NCBI GenBank assembly: GCA_963822445.1
Contig: CAWGHO010000002.1
Location: forward strand, 1,504,001 to 1,568,000
Origin: an uncultured Acidobacteriota bacterium
GTDB lineage: Bacteria; Acidobacteriota; Thermoanaerobaculia; Gp7-AA8
Direction of reading: 5' to 3'
Length of the DNA stretch: 64,000 bases
Positions 48,928 to 58,520 of the stretch are shown piece after piece. Each line of letters opens with the position of its first letter. The stretch's first letter is position 1. The position numbers and the translations under genes were made by a program. Below the pieces are notes generated by a model. It saw nothing but the letters and a program-made list of their open reading frames with translations. It made no database searches and was not told the origin of the DNA.

Positions 48928-49937
48928 TTCAGATATTGATCGAGCGGCGGGCGAAGAAGCTGTTGCGACTCGGCAGCGTCGAGGTTGGCCGGCGTAATCA
49001 AGGTCACGCCCGTATCGACGCGTTTCTCGATGGGCTTGCCGCGCAGGTGATCGAGCAGCGTCTTCACCCCCAGCTCGCCCATGCGAAACGGATTCTGCAC
49101 GACGATGCCGTGCAGCTTTCCGGCGCGGATGGCCTGCACGAAGCTCTCGCTGGAATCGAAGCCGATGAAGCGGATCTTTCCCGCGCGGCCGGCGTCTTCG
49201 AGTGCGAGCAACGCGCCCGCGGTCGAGGATTCGTTCGGCGTGAACATGCCGTCGAGGTCGTCGCCGTGGCGATTGAGGAGATTCTCCGCGGCGGTCTTGG
49301 CCGTCTCGCGCGTCGCGCCGGCGAACTGATTCGAAGAGGTCAGCTCAATGCCGGGATAGCTCTTGATCTTGTCGACGAATCCCTTCTCCCGCGCTTCGGT
49401 GCTGGCCACGCCTTCCTGATAGCGAAGCAGGAGCACGCGCCCCTTGCCTCCGAGCAGCCGGGCCATCTCCTCGGCAGCAAGCTCGCCCCCGCGATGGTTG
49501 TTGCTGGCCACGAAGCTGATCGGATCTTGGGATTCGAGCCCCGAGTCGATGACCACCGTCGGAATGCCGGCGCGCTTCGCTTCCTCGACCGGACGGACCA
49601 GCGCGTTCTTGTCGAACGGCGCGAGCACGATGCCATTCACGCCCTGGGTGAGGAAACCTTCCACGACCTGCACCTGCTGCTCGCGGTCGTCCTCGCGCAT
49701 CGGCCCTTTCCAGATGATCTCGACGTCGAGATTCTCCGCTTTCGCATCGCGCGCCGCTTTCATCGCGCCGGCGTGGATGCTCTTCCAGAACTCATGCGTC
49801 GAGCCTTGCGGGATCACCGCGACTTTGAACGACTGCGCCGCTGCAGGAGCGGAGGTCGTTGCCGGTTGCGGCGCCTCGGTCTTCGAACAGGCGGTGAGGA
49901 CGACGACGGCGGCAGCGAGGAGAAAGCAGCGCTTCAT
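48924..49937 (-). CDS. Sugar ABC transporter substrate-binding lipoprotein
   Basis: LTAC lipobox; HEFWKSIHAGA, VVIDS, VVQNPFRMG. Confidence 0.92.
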   Translation of the reverse strand: MKRCFLLAAAVVVLTACSKTEAPQPATTSAPAAAQSFKVAVIPQGSTHEFWKSIHAGAMKAARDAKAENLDVEIIWKGPMREDDREQQVQVVEGFLTQGVNGIVLAPFDKNALVRPVEEAKRAGIPTVVIDSGLESQDPISFVASNNHRGGELAAEEMARLLGGKGRVLLLRYQEGVASTEAREKGFVDKIKSYPGIELTSSNQFAGATRETAKTAAENLLNRHGDDLDGMFTPNESSTAGALLALEDAGRAGKIRFIGFDSSESFVQAIRAGKLHGIVVQNPFRMGELGVKTLLDHLRGKPIEKRVDTGVTLITPANLDAAESQQLLRPPLDQYLK

Positions 49938-52900
49938 TGCAACGTATCGTACAGCGGCTGCACGGGCTCGATCGGCGCGCTTTCGTTCGTCGCGGTGATC
50001 GCCAGCACGCGAACCTTGTCGTCGTTAGGAAGCGTGATCGCCGTCGCTCCGGGCGGCACCACGAAGGAATGGGCCAAGAGGTACGCGAACGAGTAAGGCA
50101 CGTTCGCGCCGCTCGCGTCGTGATGATGCGAGGCGAACCAGGCGATCGGCGCGCGCTTGATGAAGCCCGGAACGAGACCGGTGAAGGCGGTGACTCTCGC
50201 CGTGCGCGGCGGCGCATCCAGCGGCGCGTCCGGACGCGGCGGCAACACCTCGACGCGCTTTTCCCACAAGCGGTTGTCCCACTGCCCGACGTACCCGGTC
50301 CAATCCTGAACAGTCACCTCGGCCCGTTCGCGGCCGATCTGAAACACGGCCTGCCGATCGCCTTCCGCCGCGGCGAGGACGTAAACGCGGCGTGTGCCTT
50401 CCGGCAGCGCAATGGTTTGTCCGCGCGCAATGACCGCGTTCGCCTCGCGCGGATCGGGCAAGGAGAAGGTGATCGGGCCATACGGAATCGCGCGCGGGAG
50501 CATTTCCGCGGGCAGTGTTCTTCGACCCGTCGCCGCGCCATCTTTCGCGGCCATGGCCAGGTCGTACGGCAGTTCGATCGTCTGCGATTTGGGCCGAGGT
50601 TGCGGCGCGGTGCGATCGAGCGTCACCGCGAACGTCCGCAACTGGAACGGCTTCAGCGAGGTCACCAGCGCGCCGCGGGTGATCGTCGCGTTGCCGAGCG
50701 GCATCTCCTGTCCGTTCACTTCGCGTGCGCTCTTCACCGGTCCGGCGAACTCGAGCCGCACCGCTTGCGCGGGCTTGCCGTCCAGTTCCACCAGCCGGAC
50801 GATGATCTCGTCGCTCTCCTCGGCCTTCTTGAGCGCGAGCACGCGAACGCGTGGATGGCTCACGCGCAACAACGAGAAGGTCCTGCCGAGAACGCCGTCA
50901 TGCTTCGGCGACTGAAACGCGATCAACGGCTGCTCGAGACGCATGGCCTGCCAGTCTTCGATCGACGTGCCGCTGTGAGCGGCGAGACCGTACACGAATT
51001 CGTGATGACCGAAATCCTGCGAGGTCTGGTCGCTGTAGGCGCTGTTCCCGCCGTCGAGTCCGGGCGTGTAGAGAAGCGTGAGCCGCACCGTCTCATCCGC
51101 CGGTTTGTCCGATCCATACTTCGCTTCGGTCAACACGGTCACGCCATGACTTCCGCCGCGGTCGGTGAGATCGATCCATTGATGCGACGCGACCTCGTAC
51201 TTGCGAGGCTCGTTGTTGCCGCGGCGAATCGTGCCGACCTGCCAGTTGTACGTCGCCTGCGGATTCGAAGCGGCCAGCGGGAACGTCGCCTTCAGCGAAG
51301 CCCCGGGCGTTCTCCAATCGATGGCATTGGCGATCTCGATGCGATTGCCCGCGTCTCCCGCGGCCAACCGCACGGTCTGCACGAACGTCGATCCTTCCGT
51401 TTTGCGGCTGATCTCCACCGCTACGCGTGCGGGTCCCGATTCGACGACGCGGATTTGCGCCGGTCCTGAAACGAAGCCCCGCGGCGGCTTCTGGCGGTCG
51501 TCCCAGTCCATGTTCCAGGCCGGCCATTCCTGCGGCGATTCGGACTGGATGGCCAGACGCATCGGTGACGCAAGCAGCTCCTTCTTCAGCGTCTTGTCGA
51601 AGATGCCGGCGAGGTCGCCGTTCTCATCGATCCGGATCGTGTATCGATCGTTCGTGAGCGATGACGCCGTTGCCTTCAACGACGAACGAGTCGAAGGAGT
51701 GCCGGGCCGCACGTCGTACACCGCATATCCAATCGACGGCACGCGCGCGAGAAACAGCAGCTTTTCACCGGAGCGCTGCGACGGCACCTCCGTTCCATCC
51801 GGCGCGATCACGCGGACGGGACCCGATGCTTGAATACGCGCCTCGACGATGTCTTCGCGATCGACGTTCAGCGGGTTGTAGACGACGATCGCCGTCCCTT
51901 CCACGTTCGTGTTCATCGCCGCGACGACGCCGTCACTCGCGCTGGTGAGCACATCCGCGAATTGATTCATCGCCACCACCGCGTCGTTCCACGCGTATTC
52001 GTAGGCCTTCGGCGTTGCCGTGCCCGCGGCGGTGTCGTGGAACTGCCCGCCCATCACCAGCGTCCACGCATCTTCGAGGCGTTGTTGCGGATAGGCGCGG
52101 CTGCCGAGCCACATCGCCGCGACCGACGCCTTCTCCGCCGTGTCGGCGAGGAGCTCGTTTTTGCGATTCCAGCGCTTCTGATACGCCTGCGAGGTGAGCG
52201 AACCGGCGGAATGTTCGGTGAGCTCCATCTCCCCCTTGAAGCGCGGCAGCCGTGAGGTCTGATCGGGCTTGATGTCGAGGAACATCTGCTCCGCGCTCGA
52301 CGAAACGACGCGCATCGGTCCGCGCGTGCTCGTGACCATCGACTCCACTCGCGCGACCGAGGATTCGCGCGGCGCACCGCCGATGTCGCCGGTGCCGTAG
52401 TAGTGGTAGTCGGTGAACAGGCCGCCCGTCTCACCGTTGCGGCGCACGCGCGCCGGCCAGTCGATGAAGTTGCGGATGTCGTCCGGCGCTTTGCTTTCCC
52501 GCAAATCCCAGACGATGTCGGCCGAGTACGAACCGGGGTTGAGCGCCGCGATCACCGTCGCGCCGTCGGGTCCTTCCCACAGGCCGACGTTGAACGGGAT
52601 CCCGACCGCCGATCCCCAGGTCAGCTTCTGCGTCGAGAACCCGCGGATGCCCATGTGCGCGAGGATGCTCGGCAGCGACGAGGGAAAGCCGAAGCTGTCC
52701 GGCAGCATGAATTCGGCGCTGGTCGTTCCCAGCTCGCGCCGGAAGTAGCGCGAGCCGTACAGCACCTGCCGGATGATCGACTCGGCGGAAGGCGAGTTGA
52801 CGTCGCTCTCCTCCATCGACGACCCCGATGGGAACCAGCGGCCGGCGCGGACGTAGGCCTTCATCGTCTCGTAATCGGCCGGGTAGTACTCCTTCATCAG

Positions 52901-53152
52901 CCGGTACCGGTTCGCACCGCTGAAGTTGAAGATGTAATGCGGATACTTCTCGAAGAGCTTGAAGTTGTCGTGGAGCGTCGACGGCAGATACTCGAGGATC
53001 GTCGCCGGATACTCCCAGCGCCACTGCGTGTCGAGATGCGCGTATCCCACGACGTAAAGCGTCGGCTCGCGGGTGAGATCGGGCGGGTCGTCGGCGAGGG
53101 CGATCGTGGCGCACATGGCGACGATGCAAGCCAGCCAGCGGGATGTGCTCAT
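49934..53152 (-). CDS. Secreted GH38 alpha-mannosidase
   Basis: YAHLDTQWRW, LPDSFGF..SLPSI, YGTGD.GG, QFHD. Confidence 0.92.
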   Translation of the reverse strand: MSTSRWLACIVAMCATIALADDPPDLTREPTLYVVGYAHLDTQWRWEYPATILEYLPSTLHDNFKLFEKYPHYIFNFSGANRYRLMKEYYPADYETMKAYVRAGRWFPSGSSMEESDVNSPSAESIIRQVLYGSRYFRRELGTTSAEFMLPDSFGFPSSLPSILAHMGIRGFSTQKLTWGSAVGIPFNVGLWEGPDGATVIAALNPGSYSADIVWDLRESKAPDDIRNFIDWPARVRRNGETGGLFTDYHYYGTGDIGGAPRESSVARVESMVTSTRGPMRVVSSSAEQMFLDIKPDQTSRLPRFKGEMELTEHSAGSLTSQAYQKRWNRKNELLADTAEKASVAAMWLGSRAYPQQRLEDAWTLVMGGQFHDTAAGTATPKAYEYAWNDAVVAMNQFADVLTSASDGVVAAMNTNVEGTAIVVYNPLNVDREDIVEARIQASGPVRVIAPDGTEVPSQRSGEKLLFLARVPSIGYAVYDVRPGTPSTRSSLKATASSLTNDRYTIRIDENGDLAGIFDKTLKKELLASPMRLAIQSESPQEWPAWNMDWDDRQKPPRGFVSGPAQIRVVESGPARVAVEISRKTEGSTFVQTVRLAAGDAGNRIEIANAIDWRTPGASLKATFPLAASNPQATYNWQVGTIRRGNNEPRKYEVASHQWIDLTDRGGSHGVTVLTEAKYGSDKPADETVRLTLLYTPGLDGGNSAYSDQTSQDFGHHEFVYGLAAHSGTSIEDWQAMRLEQPLIAFQSPKHDGVLGRTFSLLRVSHPRVRVLALKKAEESDEIIVRLVELDGKPAQAVRLEFAGPVKSAREVNGQEMPLGNATITRGALVTSLKPFQLRTFAVTLDRTAPQPRPKSQTIELPYDLAMAAKDGAATGRRTLPAEMLPRAIPYGPITFSLPDPREANAVIARGQTIALPEGTRRVYVLAAAEGDRQAVFQIGRERAEVTVQDWTGYVGQWDNRLWEKRVEVLPPRPDAPLDAPPRTARVTAFTGLVPGFIKRAPIAWFASHHHDASGANVPYSFAYLLAHSFVVPPGATAITLPNDDKVRVLAITATNESAPIEPVQPLYDTLQ

Positions 53153-53209
53153 GAACGGGCGACTCTAGCAGGGTAGGGAAAGACGAGAACACGTCACTCC
53201 TACGTGCAG

Positions 53210-53839
53210 ATGGCGAACCCTACGCCGAATCCACCGCAGCCTGCGCCGCCGCCGGTTCAGCCGCCGCCCGTGCAGCCGCCTCCGCCGCCGGCGCCCGATC
53301 CGGTGGAGGATCCGTGGCTGAAGACGGAGCGCGTTCTGATCGGGGCCGCGCCGGCCGTGCTCGCTCTCACGCTCGCACTGCCCGTAATCCTGCTGGCCAC
53401 GACGAGCCTTCATAACATCGCCGGCGCCGACAAGAAAATGCTCGCCCTCTGCATGTCCGTTCTTTTCGCCGGCATCGCGATCGTGTTTCTGGCTCGATTC
53501 GTCCGCAGCCTGGAGAGCGGCGAGCCTCTCGGCATCGAGAGCCACTGGGGCGGATTGGGTGGCGGCGTCGGAGGCTGGAGGATCTCCAGGCCCATCGTCT
53601 ATCTGCTGCCGGCCATCGTCTTCGCCGCCCTGACCGCGGTGGCCATGTCGAGCTATCTCCCCTCGGAGAAGAAAGAGGAGAAGAAACCCCCCGCCACGGA
53701 TACGACGAAGACGACCGCATCGGTCACCACAAAGCAGGGAACGACCACGACCGCGGGAACGACGCAGGGAACGACCACGACCCAGGCACCGGCCAGCGAC
53801 ACCACCGCCACGGCCCAGACGGCGACGAAGGGCCAGTAG
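53210..53839 (+). CDS. Hypothetical 3-TM membrane protein with Gly/Trp motif ESHWGGLGGGVGGWRIS, Pro-rich N-terminus and Thr-rich C-terminus
   Basis: Three hydrophobic segments; first gene of a tightly packed three-gene unit. Confidence 0.75.
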   Translation: MANPTPNPPQPAPPPVQPPPVQPPPPPAPDPVEDPWLKTERVLIGAAPAVLALTLALPVILLATTSLHNIAGADKKMLALCMSVLFAGIAIVFLARFVRSLESGEPLGIESHWGGLGGGVGGWRISRPIVYLLPAIVFAALTAVAMSSYLPSEKKEEKKPPATDTTKTTASVTTKQGTTTTAGTTQGTTTTQAPASDTTATAQTATKGQ

Positions 53840-53841
53840 CC

Positions 53842-55824
53842 GTGCCGATCCGGATCAAGAGGTACGTCGAGCCTCTGTCCCTCAGGTCGGAAACCCAGTC
53901 ACCGGCCATCATCGAAAGCGACGCGTACCGTCAGGTCTGCACGGACCTGGAGATGTACGTCAACGGAGAGATTCTCGGCCGCTCATTTCTCGTCGCCGGA
54001 CACCGCGGCGCGGGCAAGACCACGATGCTGCGGCAGGCCGTTCACGAGGTCGACTCCCGCATCCGCAAGAAAGGCGAGACCTCCGGACAGTACGCGAGAC
54101 CGCTCTTCATCGCCCTGCATGGCCCCGATCTTCTTTCGAAGCCGTCCGATCCGCCGAGTGGGAAGCCGGAAGAGCCGCCGAAGCCTGACGAGAAGCCGCA
54201 ACCAGCGGCCGCCGCAGATCCAGCGGCGCCTGCGCCGAAACCCGCACCGGCACCGCAACCCGCTCAGCCCGTACCCAAACCGCCTGACCCGGCGGCGCCT
54301 CTCGAGCCGCCGCCGCGAGACGAGTTGCGCCACTTCCTCGACCGCGTCACCTCCGGCCTCTACGTCGGTGCGGCCCAGGAGTTCGCCCGCCGTTTTCGAG
54401 AGCAGGCGCTGGGCGTGGCAAAGACCGAACGGGAGAAATCGGAGCTGCTCGAGCTGGCAGCCGACCTCCAGGTCCAGCTCGATCGTCAACCGGACCTCGA
54501 CCGCCTGCGCGATTACTGGAACCGCGTCGACGCTCTCGATGGCGGTGTGCTTTACAAAGCCGCGAAGCAGACGGGCCGCGGCGCGGAAGAAGTGACGGCG
54601 CTCTTCAGCATCGGACGGGTCATGCGGACTTTCGCCGGCACGCTGCAGTCCTCGCTGTCGACCGAGGACAGCCGGACGCGGGATGCGTCGGTGAGCCTGG
54701 TGACCATCGACGGCCAGAGTCTGCTGCCGCCGCTCATCGGTCTCGTCACCGGTGCCGTGGTCTGGGGCGTGCTCCCCGAAGCGACCGATCCACTGGTGAA
54801 GGCTTTCTCCGCGCTTCTGACCGGCTTCGGAACGGTGCTCGGCTTCAAGGTGAGCGCGTCGCGTACGCGTTCCAGCTCGCAGACGTGGAAGGAAACCTAC
54901 ATCCCGAAAGACGATCCCGGTTCGCTGTATCGCGTGCTGCCGGGATTGATCGAGCGCTTCCAACGGGTCGGTCTCTTTCCGGTCTTCGTCGTCGACGAGC
55001 TGGACAAGGTCGCGGGGCTGGGAGAAAAGATCAATTCGCTGCTCGGCTACATGAAGCAGTTCGTGACCGAGCGGGCGTTCTTCTGTTTCGTCACGAACCG
55101 CAGCTTCTATCAGCAGGCCAACACGCAGGCGATCGGAAGCGCGTACTCCACGCTTCACACCCGCTTCGGCGATTCGGTGTTCGTCCTCTACCGCCCTGAC
55201 GATTTTCACAAGTACCTGGAGAACATGTTCGTCATCGAGGGTGAGCCGGAGGCGGAGAAGGCTCAGGATGCCGTGGCCATGCTGCGCTACGTGCTCCTGA
55301 GCCGTTCGTATCTTCATCCGTACGATCTGCGCCGGGAGCTGGCTCGCTGGCAGGATGGGGAGCTCGTCAATCGAAGCGTGGAGGACCTGAACAATTCGCC
55401 GCGACTGCAGCGCGATGTGGTGATGCAGGTCGCCGTCGAAGTGGTCTACGCCGGACAGGCCCTGCGCGAACATCTCCGCGATCCGATCACGGCGCAGACG
55501 GCGCTCGACGCGTTGTACTACCCGGCGCGCAAATGGCGCGAAGGCGAGAACGAGCTCGAGATCACGCAGGACAAGTTGACGAAGTATCTGGTCGTGCGCA
55601 CGGGCTTCCGGGAAGAGGCGACCGAGGCGGAGACCACGGCCGCGACGAATGTGCTGATCCCGCCCGCTCTGCAGAAAACGCTGTTCGAACAGGTCGAGCG
55701 GATGATGATTCTGCTCGGCAATCCGCCCGCGCTGATCGAGGAGGCCTCGCAGGCCGGAGTGAGACTGCCCGAGGCGATCATCAGGGTGCTCAGAACTTTC
55801 GAGCCGCTGGTGGAGAAGGTCTGA
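53842..55824 (+). CDS. KAP-like P-loop NTPase with hydrophobic insert between the Walker motifs
   Basis: Walker A GHRGAGKT; Walker B VFVVDELDK; two hydrophobic helices (LLPPLIGLVTGAVVWGVL, AFSALLTGFGTVLGF) between them. Confidence 0.78.
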   Translation: MPIRIKRYVEPLSLRSETQSPAIIESDAYRQVCTDLEMYVNGEILGRSFLVAGHRGAGKTTMLRQAVHEVDSRIRKKGETSGQYARPLFIALHGPDLLSKPSDPPSGKPEEPPKPDEKPQPAAAADPAAPAPKPAPAPQPAQPVPKPPDPAAPLEPPPRDELRHFLDRVTSGLYVGAAQEFARRFREQALGVAKTEREKSELLELAADLQVQLDRQPDLDRLRDYWNRVDALDGGVLYKAAKQTGRGAEEVTALFSIGRVMRTFAGTLQSSLSTEDSRTRDASVSLVTIDGQSLLPPLIGLVTGAVVWGVLPEATDPLVKAFSALLTGFGTVLGFKVSASRTRSSSQTWKETYIPKDDPGSLYRVLPGLIERFQRVGLFPVFVVDELDKVAGLGEKINSLLGYMKQFVTERAFFCFVTNRSFYQQANTQAIGSAYSTLHTRFGDSVFVLYRPDDFHKYLENMFVIEGEPEAEKAQDAVAMLRYVLLSRSYLHPYDLRRELARWQDGELVNRSVEDLNNSPRLQRDVVMQVAVEVVYAGQALREHLRDPITAQTALDALYYPARKWREGENELEITQDKLTKYLVVRTGFREEATEAETTAATNVLIPPALQKTLFEQVERMMILLGNPPALIEEASQAGVRLPEAIIRVLRTFEPLVEKV

Positions 55825-57062
55825 TGACCAGATTCCGATTCCGTTTCGATGCGCAGGGAATGAACCTCGATGTTCCGAAGCCTGCGGTCATCGTGGCTGC
55901 CGCGCCGATCGCGCTCGACGCGGTGGAAACACCACCCGATCCCGCTGTTGTGGTGACCGAGCTCAAAGAGTGGCTGGACGCGCACCACGATTTCGGCCTG
56001 GACATGAGTCTTCTCGAGCAGCAGGAGGTACTCCTTGCACCACCGCATTGGAGTTATGTCTCGAGGGCTGCTTCGTCGCTCCTCGGCAGGGAGCTCGCCG
56101 AGCCGGGAACGGAAGAAGACCGGCGGCAGGCAGTGCAGAAATACGTGGAAATGCTTGCGGCGCGCGAGGAGATCCTCAACTACGCTCTGGCGATCGCGGC
56201 GTACGCAAGCACGGTCGCCATCGGGCGCGATCCCGCGCAAAGGATGCGGAACGCGCTGATGGCCCTTCCGAAGGGCGCGAAGATGGACCCGTCTTTCTTC
56301 GAGACCGGCCCCCTGCTGCGTCCGTTGCCGCGCCTTCTTGCTCAAGGGAAAGCCAAGCAATGGGCCGATGCCGTCCTGGCCCGCCACGAAGAGATCGTCG
56401 ACACCACGCCTCATCCCCCCATGCCTGCAGTCGAGGAAGCCGGTTGGAAAACCTGGCAGAAGAGACTCTCTGACTTTCACCACAGCCGCCGGTCGTTTCC
56501 TGTGGATGAGAACGATCTCCTGTTGCGCGCACGATCGGCGGGGCCTGCTGCGCTGTTCTGGAACGAGCTCGACCAGATGCCGCTTCGGAAATGGACCGAT
56601 GCGCTTCTGGCCGCGTCGCGAAGCACGGACGTCCCGCCGTGGGTGCGTCGCGAAGTTGAAATGGAGCTCGTGACGGACCGCAAAACCGTTGTGATCATCG
56701 TCGGAGATTCGGAATCGTCCCCCACCGCCGGCTGGCTTCCGTCGAAAAACGTCGGCTCCCTGTGGGTCGCCCGGGCGCGCTGGGAGGAGGCCTACGATGC
56801 CTTGCCCGCCAAACCCCTCAGGGAGGCCGCGGCCTCGGTTCTGGCCATGGAGGTCGCTGGCGATCCTGACGCGGTCACTCAACTCATCACTCGTCATCCG
56901 AGCGGCGTGATTGGTCGCATCCCGAGCCCGGCGCCATTCCAGGTCTATCTCGGCAAGGACAAACTGCCGCCGCAAGCTACCCCGATGGTCCCCTACATCG
57001 AGGGAGCGAAGGACGTCGATGACGTGATCACCAAGATCGCGGCGCTGACACGACTGGCGTAA
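55824..57062 (+). CDS. Hypothetical protein, coupled to (or the C-terminal part of) the NTPase
   Basis: TGATG overlap at 55822-55826 with GGAG upstream; no recognised motif. Confidence 0.65.
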   Translation: MTRFRFRFDAQGMNLDVPKPAVIVAAAPIALDAVETPPDPAVVVTELKEWLDAHHDFGLDMSLLEQQEVLLAPPHWSYVSRAASSLLGRELAEPGTEEDRRQAVQKYVEMLAAREEILNYALAIAAYASTVAIGRDPAQRMRNALMALPKGAKMDPSFFETGPLLRPLPRLLAQGKAKQWADAVLARHEEIVDTTPHPPMPAVEEAGWKTWQKRLSDFHHSRRSFPVDENDLLLRARSAGPAALFWNELDQMPLRKWTDALLAASRSTDVPPWVRREVEMELVTDRKTVVIIVGDSESSPTAGWLPSKNVGSLWVARARWEEAYDALPAKPLREAAASVLAMEVAGDPDAVTQLITRHPSGVIGRIPSPAPFQVYLGKDKLPPQATPMVPYIEGAKDVDDVITKIAALTRLA

Positions 57063-57075
57063 CCTTTACGCCCAG

Positions 57076-58491
57076 ATGAAAGTCGCGTTCCTCAAGCCTC
57101 CCATCGGAGGAATTCTCGGCCTGGAGATGCTCACCTTCGTCGAGCCGCTCGGGCCGATCTGCGTTGCGGCCTGCCTGGAGGCCGAAGGGCACGAGTGCAA
57201 AGTCATCGATCTGCGGATCGACGGCGAAAAGCAGGGCATGGAGCTCTGCCGGAAGTTCGATCCGGACATCGTCGGATTGCAGTGCAACTTCACCACGGAG
57301 CGCAATCGCACCATCCGCCTGGCCGAACAGGTCCGGCGGGACATGCCCAACGCCTTCATCGTCGTCGGCGGTCACGACGCCTCGCGCGATCCCGACTTTT
57401 TCCGCAATACCGCGATCGACGCGATCGCCGCTGGCGACGGCGAAGAAGTCATGCCGCCGCTCGTCGATGCATTGCAGCGCGGCGCCGATCTCCGCAAGAT
57501 CCGCGGCCTGCAGGTCAACAACGACGGCGAATGGTTCTTCACCGGAAACGCCGACGCGCGGCCGAACCTCGACAGCTATCCGCCGCCGGCCCGGCATCTC
57601 ATCGAGCACTACGCCGATCACTACTACATCAACTTCCGCAAGCCGATGGCGCTCATGGAAACGGCGCGCGGCTGTCCGTACAAATGCAACTTCTGCTCGG
57701 TCTGGAAGTTTCACGAGTCGACCTTCCGTGAGAAATCGCCGGCGCGCGTCGTGCGCGAGCTGCAGGACATCAAGGCCGACGCGATCTTCATCACCGACGA
57801 CATCTTCTGGATGAACGTGAAGCGCGGCGAGGAGATGGCCCGGCAAATCAAGGCTGCCGGAATCAAGAAGTACTTCGCCGTGCAGACCCGCACCGACATC
57901 ATCTGCAAGTTCCCGCACCTCGTGGAGATGTGGAAGGACTGCGGCCAGCTGCAGGTCTTCCTCGGCCTGGAGTCCGTCACCAACGAAGGCCTGCGCGCGG
58001 TGAACAAGAAGAACACCGCCGATCACAACGTCCGCGCCGTGCAGATCCTGAAGGAGCTCGGCGTCGGCGCGACCTGCAACTTCATCGTCGATCCGGCCTG
58101 GGACCGCGAGGACTTCGCGCGGCTGCGCGACTGGATCGAAGAGATGAACACGTGGATCAGCGGTTTTTCAATTCTCACGCCGCTGCCGGGCACCGACCTG
58201 TGGGACGACACGAAGAGCCGCATCACCACGGACAAGTGGGAGATGTTCGACATCGTCCACGCCGTGCTGCCGACCAAGCTGCCTCTCGATGAGTTTTACG
58301 AGGAGTACTCGCGGCTCTGGCGGCATGTGCTCGAGGTCCGTTATCGCTCCGAAGGACGGATGAAGAATTACGCGCGGGTGGCGACGGCGCTGGTGACCGG
58401 CAAGCTCTCGCTGAAGAACATCCAGCGCGGCGTGGGCATGGCCAAGAAGTTCAGCGATCCGAAGACGTTCCTGCGCGCGCACGAGGCCTGA
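57076..58491 (+). CDS. Cobalamin-binding radical SAM protein (HpnR-like class B methyltransferase)
   Basis: EPLG, VVGGHDA, RGCPYKCNFC, TPLPGT, FDIVHAVLPTKLPL.EFY. Confidence 0.85.
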   Translation: MKVAFLKPPIGGILGLEMLTFVEPLGPICVAACLEAEGHECKVIDLRIDGEKQGMELCRKFDPDIVGLQCNFTTERNRTIRLAEQVRRDMPNAFIVVGGHDASRDPDFFRNTAIDAIAAGDGEEVMPPLVDALQRGADLRKIRGLQVNNDGEWFFTGNADARPNLDSYPPPARHLIEHYADHYYINFRKPMALMETARGCPYKCNFCSVWKFHESTFREKSPARVVRELQDIKADAIFITDDIFWMNVKRGEEMARQIKAAGIKKYFAVQTRTDIICKFPHLVEMWKDCGQLQVFLGLESVTNEGLRAVNKKNTADHNVRAVQILKELGVGATCNFIVDPAWDREDFARLRDWIEEMNTWISGFSILTPLPGTDLWDDTKSRITTDKWEMFDIVHAVLPTKLPLDEFYEEYSRLWRHVLEVRYRSEGRMKNYARVATALVTGKLSLKNIQRGVGMAKKFSDPKTFLRAHEA

Positions 58492-58520
58492 GCGGATGCC
58501 TCACTACATCCTCTCAGCGG

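Noticed and set aside
53734-53782. 19-bp direct repeat GCAGGGAACGACCACGACC (30-bp period)
   Set aside because: Explained by the Thr-rich low-complexity tail (QGTTTT twice); not evidence of an att site.
55533-55823. Upstream extension of the 55533-57062 ORF
   Set aside because: Arg-rich alternative frame over the NTPase C-terminus; protein-like sequence starts at 55824.
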